From Candidatus Methanophagales archaeon (GTDB taxonomy: Archaea > Halobacteriota > Syntropharchaeia > Alkanophagales > Methanospirareceae): a stretch of DNA of 63,679 nt. A program made the position numbers and the translations under genes. The notes under the pieces are model-generated. The model did no database searches, had not been told where the DNA came from, and was given only the letters and a program-made list of their open reading frames with translations. Shown in pieces: positions 1-9,905 of this stretch (within the stretch, counting starts at the first letter, position 1; each line of letters begins with the position of its first letter). The stretch covers positions 1-63,679 of the forward strand of contig JAFNKG010000006.1 of NCBI GenBank assembly GCA_017883965.1. Direction: 5' to 3'.

Positions 1-359
1 AAAGATGATCCCCCGCCGGAAGTTCGGAGGCAGCTGTGGTATGTGGCACGAGCAAAGCTCAGACGATGGCTCAGGAGAGAATACGCCAGCGAGAAGGTGG
101 AACAGTTCATCGGCAAGATTAGCAACGGCTTTGATTACTGGTTCACATTTATCCTTCGTTCAGATGTGGAACCTACCAACAACAGAGCAGAGAGAGCACT
201 TCGCGAGCACGTTGTTCAGCGAAAGATCATCGGAACACTACGTAATGAGAAAGGGACATCTATCCACGAAAGGATCATGACAGTACTGGCGACGTGGGCG
301 CAGCAAGGGTTCAACAGCTTCCAGATGTTGAGGTTGAAGCTAAGTAGCTAAACACATAC
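1..359 (+). mobile_element. IS66-family transposase, 3' end (truncated by window edge)
   Basis: ORF 43..351 contains VEPTNNRAERALREHVVQRKIIGTLRNEKG, the C-terminal IS66 TnpC motif. Confidence 0.9.
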
Positions 360-402
360 AAATTTTTTATCAATGGCGGGAATTTAACAATGAGGATTAT
401 AG

Positions 403-924
403 TTGAAGACAGAAGATAGAAGAACACCGTGGAAAGAGAAAATACATGAATTGTGTGATGTGTGGAGCGTCAGTCCGCCGGTTTTCATGTTTACGAGGAG
501 AGAATTAAGAAAAATATTACGAAATAAATCAAAATGGGAAGATTTTAAACAAAGATATCCCTACGTGTTCGATGGTGATGACTGGAAAGAAGGAGAGATT
601 AAAAGCAGTTTAAAGGATGTTATCGCTATTGATGACAGATACATTAAAAACAAAAATATTATTCGTCATGAATTTGCCCATTTACTCAGCCAGGAGCTTA
701 GACTTTTTGATGAACGTGAGGAAGAAGAGATGGCGGCGAAGTTTGTGGTTCAGTATGGATTATGTTTCGGATCAGATTTAATAAGCTCCTGGGATGCTGG
801 AAGAAAAGAATCAAAACACAAAAGCATTGAAATATACGTGTTTTTTGTACTAAATGCATACTCAAATCCCATTTTTGAGGAACCTCTAATAGACGGGTCA
901 ATAGATATCCAAGAGATACCATAA
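403..924 (+). CDS. Hypothetical protein with HExxH motif (ImmA/IrrE-like metallopeptidase)
   Basis: IRHEFAH followed by EEEEMAAKF; RBS GAGG upstream. Confidence 0.5.
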   Translation: MKTEDRRTPWKEKIHELCDVWSVSPPVFMFTRRELRKILRNKSKWEDFKQRYPYVFDGDDWKEGEIKSSLKDVIAIDDRYIKNKNIIRHEFAHLLSQELRLFDEREEEEMAAKFVVQYGLCFGSDLISSWDAGRKESKHKSIEIYVFFVLNAYSNPIFEEPLIDGSIDIQEIP

Positions 925-1112
925 TAGACGTTCTTAAAGAACGAAGACCATATAAGTTAGTAGTGGAATGAAAAAGAAAAACCAATCACTATCAGGGTTG
1001 TCGGCGAAGGATAAAATCATGGAATGTTTTGAGAAGGACGTCCCACGTAAAGAAATATGGAAAAGATCCTTTTACCGGGAAGCCCTTTTAATTAATTTGC
1101 CCTCTATTGTAT

Positions 1113-1286
1113 TCATTCTTTCTTATTTGGCAATGGATATCGCAGTCTGAGATATATTGCGCCACGCCTTATTATATCGCGGATTGCATCGCTTCTGCTC
1201 CCATAATATCCCTCTTTAACGAGCCCATCTATATTTTCGACTTCTTCTACCGGTATTCGCATCTCAACCAAACTTTTACTATTCAT
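1113..1286 (-). CDS. Ribbon-helix-helix (CopG-like) protein, 57 aa, not in ORF track
   Basis: Hand translation MNSKSLVEMRIPVEEVENIDGLVKEGYYGSRSDAIRDIIRRG...; GAGGTGA upstream. Confidence 0.75.
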   Translation of the reverse strand: MNSKSLVEMRIPVEEVENIDGLVKEGYYGSRSDAIRDIIRRGAIYLRLRYPLPNKKE

Positions 1287-1537
1287 TTTTTTCCCATTTC
1301 ACCTCATTTATCTTCTTTTTTCATCCCTTCTTCTTCGCCCCTTTTGATAGTGCATGTTGGAACCATATGGGGGAAATATGTACTTATGATAATAAGTTTT
1401 TCGATTTTTTCGCTGATTCCAATTTTGAGAACCCCTTCCTTTTGAGGATTATAGAGCATTTATAAGGAGCTAAAAAGATTGTCAAGGTTTATTATTTTTC
1501 ATAAATTCCACTATGAAAGGGGAAGAGGGAATATATT

Positions 1538-1651
1538 ATGAACCCGAGTTATGAAGGTAAGATACTAAAGTGCGGAATTTGCCCCCGCATCCTTACATCT
1601 TGCGTCCTGAAGAGAGAACCCTGCTATGAATGTCTACCAGCTCATACATAA
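1538..1651 (+). CDS. Possible Cys-rich zinc-finger microprotein, 37 aa
   Basis: MNPSYEGKILKCGICPRILTSCVLKREPCYECLPAHT: two CxxC pairs; purine-rich upstream. Confidence 0.3.
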   Translation: MNPSYEGKILKCGICPRILTSCVLKREPCYECLPAHT

Positions 1652-2355
1652 CCTTTATCACTTATTGTGTTCCGGGGGAAATTTCGAATACTACAAAAAG
1701 GGAAAGATAACAGAAGATAGGAAGATGTTGGCTATAATGGGTCAAGATACCATATTTATATACCTATTGGAAAAAATATGAAAGTAAAAGTAGTTGTTGA
1801 AGAAACCCCAAATTGTTTACTGCCTATAACGACTTGGTCTCAGAGCTTCGGCTAACTTTTTAGCAACGTTCTTATCATCGAATAGTATTTCAATACCAGA
1901 CAAATCACGACCTGACAAGCTCACAGAGCAAAGGCATCCGATTCAAGCGTTTTCTCCCCAATAGAACCAAAGTTTATAAGTAAAGACCCAGCTCTCTCAT
2001 TTAAGTTAATATATACGGGGAGAGAGCTTTTAACTTTAACTTCATTAGTACCCTTACTATCACCAGCTAAACTATCCTGAAGTCCCACATCTATCACTCC
2101 CAGACTTTTGGCTCTTCCAAGATCAGGAATATCTAAAAAATCTTACTTTTTATTGTATGGTTTTTGTCGGTGAAAAGAATTGGAGCGAGATTTTTGATAA
2201 ACTTTGGAATTATTAGCGGGATTATTAAGGCAGTTGGAGAAGGTATTATGGTGACTATTATTCCATAAAAAATATTTGAAAAAAGAATATTTACCCTTTA
2301 AATAAAAAATTTTATTTCCACCATGTTCTTACGTTCATACTCTATCTTGTTTCAT

Positions 2356-2931
2356 TTAAAAACATTTAGCCAGAGCCTTAAAATCCTCAACCAACACTTC
2401 TTTCATCTTTGGATTGTAAGTAGCAACTGCTGGATGATACAACGGTATTATTTTTTTAATGCCCCTAATTGCGCTTACAGTAAATTCTTTACCGTGCATC
2501 TTACTTATTTTATCCTTCTTCAACCCGAACTTATCGAAGATATAGGACAACGAGAAGTTTCCAAGTGTAGCAATAACTTCGGGTTTAATGATTTCCAGTT
2601 GTGCATCTAAATAAGAAGTGCAGGCTCTTATCTCGTCCGTTGCTGGATTTCTATTACCCGGCGGTCGGCATTTTAAGACATTGGCTATATAAACTTCGTT
2701 TCTTTGCAACCCCGCGGATTCCAATAACTCATCAAGTACCTTTCCCGCTTTTCCCACAAATGGTCTGCCTTCCTGGTCTTCGTAGTAACCCGGTGCTTCA
2801 CCTACGAACAATATTCTCGCGGATAACGAGCCTTCTCCAACAACGGGATTAGTTCTCGTTTTCCATAACTCGCAGCGCTTACATTCTTTTATTTCCTTTT
2901 CTATGCTTTCCATTTCTTCTTCATAAGGCAT
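2356..2931 (-). CDS. udg: Uracil-DNA glycosylase, family 4
   Basis: CxxC, VGEAPG, GRPFVG, KCRPPGNR and HPA motifs. Confidence 0.95.
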   Translation of the reverse strand: MPYEEEMESIEKEIKECKRCELWKTRTNPVVGEGSLSARILFVGEAPGYYEDQEGRPFVGKAGKVLDELLESAGLQRNEVYIANVLKCRPPGNRNPATDEIRACTSYLDAQLEIIKPEVIATLGNFSLSYIFDKFGLKKDKISKMHGKEFTVSAIRGIKKIIPLYHPAVATYNPKMKEVLVEDFKALAKCF

Positions 2932-3061
2932 TTGAGTAAAACATTTAAAAGAGCTTTATTAAATTGGAAAATTTTTGAATGGAAGATATTAATGATTTCG
3001 TTTTAATATAGAAATATTGACATATCCGCTAAAAATCGAATCAGCATAAACGGGTGAGAGT

Positions 3062-3217
3062 ATGAAAAAGGGAAGATGGGAGAAGTTTTCGGTATGGGTA
3101 AAGGATTATGAAAGAGAACGGCTTAGAGATAAGACCCCGTTAGAGCGAATCGAGATTTTTGAAGCGCTTTATAGAGCGGCATTAACAGTAGTTCCGAAAG
3201 TAGATAAATACCCATGA
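3062..3217 (+). CDS. Small hypothetical protein, antitoxin-like, 51 aa
   Basis: Hand translation MKKGRWEKF...KTPLERIEIFEALY; GGTGA RBS. Confidence 0.45.
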   Translation: MKKGRWEKFSVWVKDYERERLRDKTPLERIEIFEALYRAALTVVPKVDKYP

Positions 3218-3475
3218 AGCTCTGATTGGCTTTTTAGGGTTTTTCAATTTTTTAGGTGAAACAGCTGTAACCTTACGGAATCATATATCAACCTCGAATA
3301 AGCATCGGAAGCCCGTCCTCGTGCAGTATTACAGCTCTGAAGGGAATACCCTTGAGGGGGATCTCTGTCTCCACGATCTTCTCATTTTCCCAGAAATCCT
3401 CTTTGAATTCCGATTCCGGGATGCTTGCCATCTCCTTCTATATTAACATCCAGGATATCAAGATGCTTTTTCTGT

Positions 3476-4210
3476 TTAAATGTCGAAAACTATTTGACGC
3501 TTTATATTGCCCCAAAGTTTCGTTGCCGCTTCTCTCCTTTTCTTTTCAGCATAAATCCCCCGTCCAACTATCGCATAGCTCTCATATGGCAGAACAGTGC
3601 TAAACGCTACAACAATGTCTCCTCCCTGACCCTTACCGATACCAGGGAAAAGAAATTTTGGCTCTTGGATGATTTCTTTTAGTTCCGAGCAATACCTCTT
3701 CATACTTTCTACCTTTGTACCTGGAATAACAAAATATTCAACGCCAAGTCTTGCGGCATCTAAGTAAATTCTTTCGGGTGCATCGTCTGCTATGTAGCCG
3801 CCTTCACTCGCAAGATATCCCCTATGAGTCATCTCTCCCCCGACAATGGGCGTTAAACCAAGTCTCTTGCAACCTTCAACAACGGCCCTTAGAGTTTCTA
3901 TCCCTGATTCTGGAAATGCAATAGCACCATTGATGCCTGCCTTTTTTAATATCTCTAAAATCTTCCCGCCACAGATATCAGGAATATCAGTCCCAAATTT
4001 TTGATGATCATAAATTATTGGAAGATTTGTATACCTCCGAATGACTTCCGTGACTTTGTATATCCCATGTGGAACAACGAGATCCATCCCAATTTTATAC
4101 CCTAGAATAAACTCCAGATCATGCGTTACCTTTATGAGATCTGCTAAATCACTTATATCACCGATGTCACAGGCCACTATGATTCCATGTTTCGAGGAAA
4201 ATAAAGACAT
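3476..4210 (-). CDS. Orotidine-5'-phosphate decarboxylase-like protein (divergent)
   Basis: IIVACD, GYKIG, YDHQKFGTDIPD, PGIG.GQGG, IVGRGIY (OMPDC TIM-barrel motifs). Confidence 0.8.
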   Translation of the reverse strand: MSLFSSKHGIIVACDIGDISDLADLIKVTHDLEFILGYKIGMDLVVPHGIYKVTEVIRRYTNLPIIYDHQKFGTDIPDICGGKILEILKKAGINGAIAFPESGIETLRAVVEGCKRLGLTPIVGGEMTHRGYLASEGGYIADDAPERIYLDAARLGVEYFVIPGTKVESMKRYCSELKEIIQEPKFLFPGIGKGQGGDIVVAFSTVLPYESYAIVGRGIYAEKKRREAATKLWGNIKRQIVFDI

Positions 4211-4211
4211 T

Positions 4212-4940
4212 TCATCCTCCTCCTAATAAACCATTAATAAGCCCCCACATAAAGTTCACGACAACTCCTAATATCACGGTTGCGATAAAACCCAGTATAA
4301 CAGAGCCCAGGTGTATTTCCCCTATGGTTCTATAATATACTTCAAAAGTTTGAGGGAAGTTACCTTGATTTACTTGGTGTACGATTTCTCCTTTCGAGTA
4401 GTCTACATTGCGCGTATCCAGTCCTCTTAGCAGGATTATATCATATAAGCCTTTTTTTTCTTTTTTTCTTAGTGACATGAACCGACGCAAAAACTTATAC
4501 CTGATTCCCTTGAGTTTTGGTAATGTTACCTTAATGCTGATCCATGTGGCTTTCAATTGGGGTTTAAATTTTGATAGTGTCACTTTTTGAAAATCGTGAG
4601 TTAACCCCCGGATAACTCCCCCTCCCTCCTTGTAGGATATTTTTATTATATCGGGAGATGACGATCCCAGTAGTTGTTTTATAGTTTCAAAGTCAAGGAC
4701 GAACTTACTTGAATTTACATCGTATCCATCTGCATCTGACGGAGTTTTGTCATTGACTTTTATCTTAAAATCAGAAAAAGGACATCCAGGCGGTAATATT
4801 ATTGATAGAGATTCATCTGCCGTTTTAATCTTTTTCGAAAAATCAAAAAGTCTAATCGTCCAGTTATGCTGAGCTTCTCCACTACTACTGAGTTCAACGT
4901 TCCATTCAACTTCGGATCTGTATTCGGATGTCAGAAGCAA
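4212..4940 (-). CDS. Hypothetical protein with C-terminal transmembrane helix
   Basis: 242 aa, beta-rich, C-terminal hydrophobic VILGFIATVILGVVVNFMWGLI; 1 bp from next gene. Confidence 0.7.
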   Translation of the reverse strand: MLLTSEYRSEVEWNVELSSSGEAQHNWTIRLFDFSKKIKTADESLSIILPPGCPFSDFKIKVNDKTPSDADGYDVNSSKFVLDFETIKQLLGSSSPDIIKISYKEGGGVIRGLTHDFQKVTLSKFKPQLKATWISIKVTLPKLKGIRYKFLRRFMSLRKKEKKGLYDIILLRGLDTRNVDYSKGEIVHQVNQGNFPQTFEVYYRTIGEIHLGSVILGFIATVILGVVVNFMWGLINGLLGGG

Positions 4941-4958
4941 CCACCCCTATAAGTATAC

Positions 4959-5603
4959 TTAGCGCTTTTTCTGGCTTTTAAGGCTATCACCGACTTCTAA
5001 TTCTTTTGGAAGCGGGTATTCAAAATGAGGTATTATTCCTCTTTTTTCAAATGCATCCCAGTTAAATTCATCTGGTACATAGGTGCAAGCAATAACGTCC
5101 GTTACGATACCCCCATTGTATTCAATTGCATCTACAGCTTTCAATACTTCATCCCCTCCCGTGCAGTGATCTGTAAGAATTACCACATTCGGCTGATTCA
5201 ATCTCCCTTTCCAAGGCTTACCCTCATCACGAGGGATTTTAAGTCTTTCGAACCTAAGTTCTTTACCCAGCCTGACTGGAACATTTGGCAGCCCTGTAAG
5301 AATGGAAATAACTCCTACAAGTCTTATGACTCCGGTTGTTCCACTTTTGTCTTTCTCAATAGGAGAAAGTAGGTCGATTTTTCGTTCTCGAGTGATTTTC
5401 TGAATTTTATCTGCATATATGTTAGCGATTACTTCACATCGGTGCGGATCATTGACTGCTGAATCAAAGTCAGAGTAGTGAGGGCTTTTACCACCTCTTC
5501 TCAAACCGTGCATACTACGCTTAACCACCCCTTCTGCTTTAAAATATTTCTTCGCCCTTTCGTACATCAACTCCATCTCGCTCTCGTTTGCGAGTCTTAT
5601 CAT
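4959..5603 (-). CDS. Type I phosphoribosyltransferase, orotate PRTase-like (divergent)
   Basis: LRRGGKSPHYSDFD resembles the PyrE N-terminus; VVILTDHCTGG is a variant PRPP-binding loop. Confidence 0.7.
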   Translation of the reverse strand: MIRLANESEMELMYERAKKYFKAEGVVKRSMHGLRRGGKSPHYSDFDSAVNDPHRCEVIANIYADKIQKITRERKIDLLSPIEKDKSGTTGVIRLVGVISILTGLPNVPVRLGKELRFERLKIPRDEGKPWKGRLNQPNVVILTDHCTGGDEVLKAVDAIEYNGGIVTDVIACTYVPDEFNWDAFEKRGIIPHFEYPLPKELEVGDSLKSQKKR

Positions 5604-5624
5604 TTTACCACCTCCTTTAATATT

Positions 5625-6035
5625 TTATACCTTCTCAGCCATTTTTTCTAATTGCAGAAGGATCATGTAGTAACTTTTGATGGCTTTAAATAAATAAGTT
5701 ATCGCTTTATCCTCGTAAGTTTTTTCATCTTCTAAATTGAGGCTTAGCCATATAAAAGAGCTTAGCTCTTTCGAAAACGAATTGACGAGAGGGTCGTCCT
5801 CGGGGAAATCAAAAGAAGCATCTGTTGCAAGATTAAACCAAAAATCTTTAACCAGTCTTTTAATCAAGTATAAAACTGCGAGAGCTTTTTCATCTACTTG
5901 GGACGCTATCTCAACAAGATCTAAATCCACAACAAGCGCTTGAATGTTGCGTAAAGAATCGAAATTTCCATCTGAAAGCTCTTGAGCATAGCGGACAAGT
6001 TCTCCTAAAATTTTTTCAGTTTCTACCACATCCAT
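5625..6035 (-). CDS. Hypothetical helical protein
   Basis: 136-aa ORF, co-oriented and tightly spaced in the operon. Confidence 0.65.
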   Translation of the reverse strand: MDVVETEKILGELVRYAQELSDGNFDSLRNIQALVVDLDLVEIASQVDEKALAVLYLIKRLVKDFWFNLATDASFDFPEDDPLVNSFSKELSSFIWLSLNLEDEKTYEDKAITYLFKAIKSYYMILLQLEKMAEKV

Positions 6036-6048
6036 TATCTTTTTTTAT

Positions 6049-6216
6049 TTAACTTAAGTTTTGTCCTTCTCTCACCCTCCACCATCTATAAGGCTTTCTT
6101 TGATAACTTTCAACTTTACCTCCCGCTTCGAGAACGCTAAGATACTTCGCTGCGTTTGAATGACTAAGCATGAAAACTGTAATATGTGCAATAATATGCC
6201 ACATTTCAGTTATCAT
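6049..6216 (-). CDS. Small winged-HTH-like protein, 55 aa
   Basis: Hand translation ...LSHSNAAKYLSVLEAGGKVESYQRKPYRWWRV. Confidence 0.5.
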   Translation of the reverse strand: MITEMWHIIAHITVFMLSHSNAAKYLSVLEAGGKVESYQRKPYRWWRVREGQNLS

Positions 6217-6219
6217 ATT

Positions 6220-6390
6220 TTATCCTTCATCTCCTTTTAATGCACTATAGAGAAGTTTTCTCACAAACTCAGCATAACTTGTTTCTTTCTCTCCTTTTTC
6301 TTTTCTCTCCATATCATACTTTTCTTTGGCTTGGTTAAATTGCCTATACAACTCTTCCTCTTCTTTCAACCGAATTGATATGACTTTCAT
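6220..6390 (-). CDS. Small RHH-like DNA-binding protein, 56 aa
   Basis: MKVISIRLKEEEELY...SYAEFVRKLL; AAGGAGGT RBS. Confidence 0.6.
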   Translation of the reverse strand: MKVISIRLKEEEELYRQFNQAKEKYDMERKEKGEKETSYAEFVRKLLYSALKGDEG

Positions 6391-6823
6391 TCTTTACCTC
6401 CTTCTTTTTTTCTTTCGCTTTTTCCCCTTCGCTTTCCCCGCCACTTTCATCTACTATACTTCATTTTGTTGCATTCTAATATTTAGTAAAACATTATGTA
6501 TATAAAAGCTTTACTATATGATGCAACACTTTGCTTCTCATCATAGCAAAATCCAATTCAAGACGATTCTTCTACGGCGGTGGCTTTTCCATAATACTCA
6601 TTTGAAGAAGAATAATAAGCCTTTTTGCTGTTATTAATGACTTATCGGCGATTATTCCTGAAACTATGCTTAAAATCATATTCACTATCACCCATAGATT
6701 ATACGAACAAACAGAGAATAAGAAATAGTATAAACGAACTACGGGGTTCGTTGATGTCGTTTTTGGTTTGAAATTATCCTCTATCCTGTAAGAGGTTTCT
6801 ATCCCCCATCTTCTTCTAAATAA

Positions 6824-7887
6824 TTAGACTTGTTGCTAATTAACGATTTTCCCCACGCAAAGGCTTTTAATTGGATATGACAAATATTATCAAACAGGAT
6901 AAGCATTAGCAGGGCTTTGAAGAATAACAGAGTAATAAGAGCCACAACAGGACTATCCGCGTCAGAATTTAATCAACTGGCGCAGAGTTTCGGCCAGGAA
7001 AATCAAAATGAGAGGTGGATTAGATACGAGAGAGGGCTTGAACGGGGGGATAGAGAAAGGAAACCCGGAGGTAGAAGAATAGGCAATTTGAGAAGTTTTG
7101 CAGAAAAATTATTTTTCATTCTCTTTTATTTCAAGTGTTATCCCACTTTTGACGTCTTAGGGATTATATTTAATCTCGACCGATCCAATGCATGCCGCAA
7201 TGTCCAGAGATTAACCTCGATATTGGAGAAAGTGCTTGATAAAAAGATGGTATTGCCAAAGAGGAAAATCAGCTCTTTAGAGGAGTTATTTGAGATATTC
7301 CCCGAAGTTAAGGACTTATTCATCGACGGAACTGAGAGGCCGATTCAAAGGCCTAAAGACACCGAGAAGCAGAAGGCAAACTACTCCGGCAAGAAGAAGA
7401 TGCATACTCGTAAGAATATACTCATCACCGACAAAAATAGACGAGTTGGTTACCTGAGCCCACCTGCGGAAGGTAAAAAACACGATTATGGCATGTTTAA
7501 AGAGCTATTCCCGCCAGAGCTATTCCCAAATAGTATAACGTTATGGCTGGATTTGGGCTTCATTGGCGTTGAAAAGGATTACCCGGATGCGACTGTTATG
7601 ATGCCGAAGAAGAAGCCGCGAGGGAAAGAATTGAGTGATGAAGAGAAGGCGCAAAACAAAGTTATCAGCGGCCTTAGAGTCCTGGTAGAGCACGCTATCG
7701 GTGGAATTAAGCGATTTAGGATAACTACTGAGAAGTTTCGTAATAAGAAAGATACGTTTAATGATGATGTTATGTTGATATCGTGTGGATTGTGGAATTA
7801 TCATTTGATGTGTTGTTGAGTCGGGAGACCCGTAAGGATTGGAGTAACTAATTCTTTCGTGGATGTGTTATTCCGCAACAAGTCTAA
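6824..7887 (+). mobile_element. IS5-family insertion sequence (DDE_Tnp_4 type), apparently complete
   Basis: Inverted repeat TTAGACTTGTTGC (6824) / GCAACAAGTCTAA (7887) around the transposase. Confidence 0.9.
6917..7819 (+). CDS. IS5-family DDE transposase
   Basis: IDGTERPIQRP, YSGKKK.H, DLGF.G, RVLVEHAIGGIKRF. Confidence 0.93.
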   Translation: MKNNRVIRATTGLSASEFNQLAQSFGQENQNERWIRYERGLERGDRERKPGGRRIGNLRSFAEKLFFILFYFKCYPTFDVLGIIFNLDRSNACRNVQRLTSILEKVLDKKMVLPKRKISSLEELFEIFPEVKDLFIDGTERPIQRPKDTEKQKANYSGKKKMHTRKNILITDKNRRVGYLSPPAEGKKHDYGMFKELFPPELFPNSITLWLDLGFIGVEKDYPDATVMMPKKKPRGKELSDEEKAQNKVISGLRVLVEHAIGGIKRFRITTEKFRNKKDTFNDDVMLISCGLWNYHLMCC

Positions 7888-7918
7888 TATAGATAAAAAA
7901 GCCTTTAATCAAATTACC

Positions 7919-8479
7919 ATGATTTCAATAGAAAAAGCGCGTGAATTGGTGGAAAGAGAAATAGAAAACGATAATCTAAGGAACCACATGCTTGCAGTTT
8001 CCAAAATAATGGGCGCGCTTGCGGATAAAATAGGGATTGGAGAAGAAGACAAAGAAAAGTGGATACTGGTCGGCTTGTTACACGATTTGGATTACGAACG
8101 CACAAAAGATAACTTCGAGAGACACGGTATTATCACGGCGGAGATGCTAAAAGAAGAACTGCCTGACGAATGCCTGCAAGCGATAAAAGCGCATAATAAT
8201 AGAACGGGGTTTGAACCGAATAGCGTAATGGCAAAGGCTTTGATTGCCGCAGATGCCGTTTCTGGTTTAATCGTGCCGACTGCCTTGATGATGCCCACCC
8301 GCAAATTGTCTGAAGTAAGTGCGAAATCGTTAAAGAAGAAATTCAGTGATAAGTCCTTTGCACGAACCGTCAGCAGAGAGAATATAATGGTCTGTGAAGA
8401 ACTCGGGTTCGAGCGAAACGAATTTTTCAAACTCGCTCTTGATGCTCTTCAAGCGATAAGTGATGATTTGGGACTATAA
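7919..8479 (+). CDS. HDIG-type HD-domain phosphohydrolase
   Basis: H...GLLHDLDYE...HG...AH...AADAVSG; start moved to 7919 because 7859 lies within the IS end. Confidence 0.88.
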   Translation: MISIEKARELVEREIENDNLRNHMLAVSKIMGALADKIGIGEEDKEKWILVGLLHDLDYERTKDNFERHGIITAEMLKEELPDECLQAIKAHNNRTGFEPNSVMAKALIAADAVSGLIVPTALMMPTRKLSEVSAKSLKKKFSDKSFARTVSRENIMVCEELGFERNEFFKLALDALQAISDDLGL

Positions 8480-8493
8480 GTCGCCTGTCAGCT

Positions 8494-9174
8494 TCACAGC
8501 ACCTCCCATTCATTCTTTCCCATATCCGATTCCCTCAACCATATCGCCCAGCAGAGCAATATTTGCGAATAGCCTATCTCTTTCGATAACCTCTCCATCT
8601 CCTCGACAAACAGTAAATCGTCATTTGCATGAACTCCAAACTCTCGTTCCGCCACCCGCTTTATTATCTTATCCGGCATGCTCGTATCTACACCGGCTTG
8701 CATTCGCAGATACTGAAACGTAATCAGTCCGACGCCGTTAATCCTTCCTATTTCATCATTCTTCCATTCCTTATGGTTTGCACGCTCAGCCCAATACCGC
8801 AACGCATCGAAATCGCTATCTAACTCATTGTCTTCTTTAATGCCACTTAAAACACGACTTATAGCTATTGCCGCGTGCCAAACGCGTCTGTTATTTATTA
8901 TCCTCCGCAACCTCGCATCTTCTGGCGAAAGCTTCGAAAACGCATTAAATGAACTTATCTCGCCTGTCTTTACGTAATCGGTATAAAATCTCTTAACCCT
9001 TGGCACAACGATTTTGAAGTAGTTCAATCCAATCGAATCTAACGAAGCGTCCACAACAATCAATACCGCATCTCCATCCCATCTCTTACCATTTAAGCAT
9101 CGAAGCTCGCCTTCTTTCGCCGCTGCAAGAACTTCTTTGAATCTGTCCTCGAAAATCTCCTTTAACCGCATCAT
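8494..9174 (-). CDS. Hypothetical protein, HhH/DNA-glycosylase-like fold
   Basis: INGVGLITFQYLRMQAGVDTSMPD (HhH hairpin followed by PD). Confidence 0.6.
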   Translation of the reverse strand: MMRLKEIFEDRFKEVLAAAKEGELRCLNGKRWDGDAVLIVVDASLDSIGLNYFKIVVPRVKRFYTDYVKTGEISSFNAFSKLSPEDARLRRIINNRRVWHAAIAISRVLSGIKEDNELDSDFDALRYWAERANHKEWKNDEIGRINGVGLITFQYLRMQAGVDTSMPDKIIKRVAEREFGVHANDDLLFVEEMERLSKEIGYSQILLCWAIWLRESDMGKNEWEVL

Positions 9175-9869
9175 AATAACCTCCTTGCCTTCATTCGTCT
9201 TCTTATGTGCGAATAAAGTTTTAAACTTTCGTATTCTATCCGCTCAATTATTTCTGGCGATATGTCGCTTAATCGGTCTATTAAATAAGCATCCGCATAG
9301 TCCTTTACAATAGCGGGATGAAACGATACATTCTTATTATACAAATTCTCCACAGCTTTTAGTTGCAGCTCAAACCATTCCTTCGGTCTGTTTGTTATCT
9401 GCTCAAAATTCTCAGGTGTTCCGGTTTTAAAAGACAGCCTTACATGCAGATTATGGTATTTTGAGAGCTCATCAACGTATTTTTCATCTTCACCTAATAA
9501 TATACCGTTGGTTTCAAGCACAAAGAGAAGGGCTGGGTCTAAAAGTTCAGCGGTTCTTATTACATCCAGCAGATGGTTTTTACACAACGTTGGTTCGTTT
9601 CCGCTTATCCTGATCGCTCTGAACTCATGTTCGTGTGCGATTTTAACAAGTCTTTCTGCAACTTCTTCTGCCGTGTAAAACTCTCCAAATCTTTCTGGAT
9701 GAATTCTCGTTCGGTAACTCCAGCAGAATGCACAGTCCATGTTACAGCCCATACAGTCTGCAGTTGCGATACCTCCGTAGAACCGATCCGCTCTGAAACG
9801 GTAATATTTTCGTTTGGTTTCGTTACAAACTTCCATCTTTCTTGTAGCTACATATACCGTTAAGTTCAA
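9171..9869 (-). CDS. Radical SAM protein
   Basis: GCNMDCAFC (CxxxCxxC), RISGNEP, LETNG. Confidence 0.9.
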   Translation of the reverse strand: MNLTVYVATRKMEVCNETKRKYYRFRADRFYGGIATADCMGCNMDCAFCWSYRTRIHPERFGEFYTAEEVAERLVKIAHEHEFRAIRISGNEPTLCKNHLLDVIRTAELLDPALLFVLETNGILLGEDEKYVDELSKYHNLHVRLSFKTGTPENFEQITNRPKEWFELQLKAVENLYNKNVSFHPAIVKDYADAYLIDRLSDISPEIIERIEYESLKLYSHIRRRMKARRLL

Positions 9870-9905
9870 TCATAATTTATAGCAGTTAGAAGAATACGAA
9901 TACCT

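Noticed and set aside
3290-3432. Possible transposase fragment (MASIPESEFKEDFW...)
   Set aside because: Too short, and no catalytic motif or inverted repeat to support a call.
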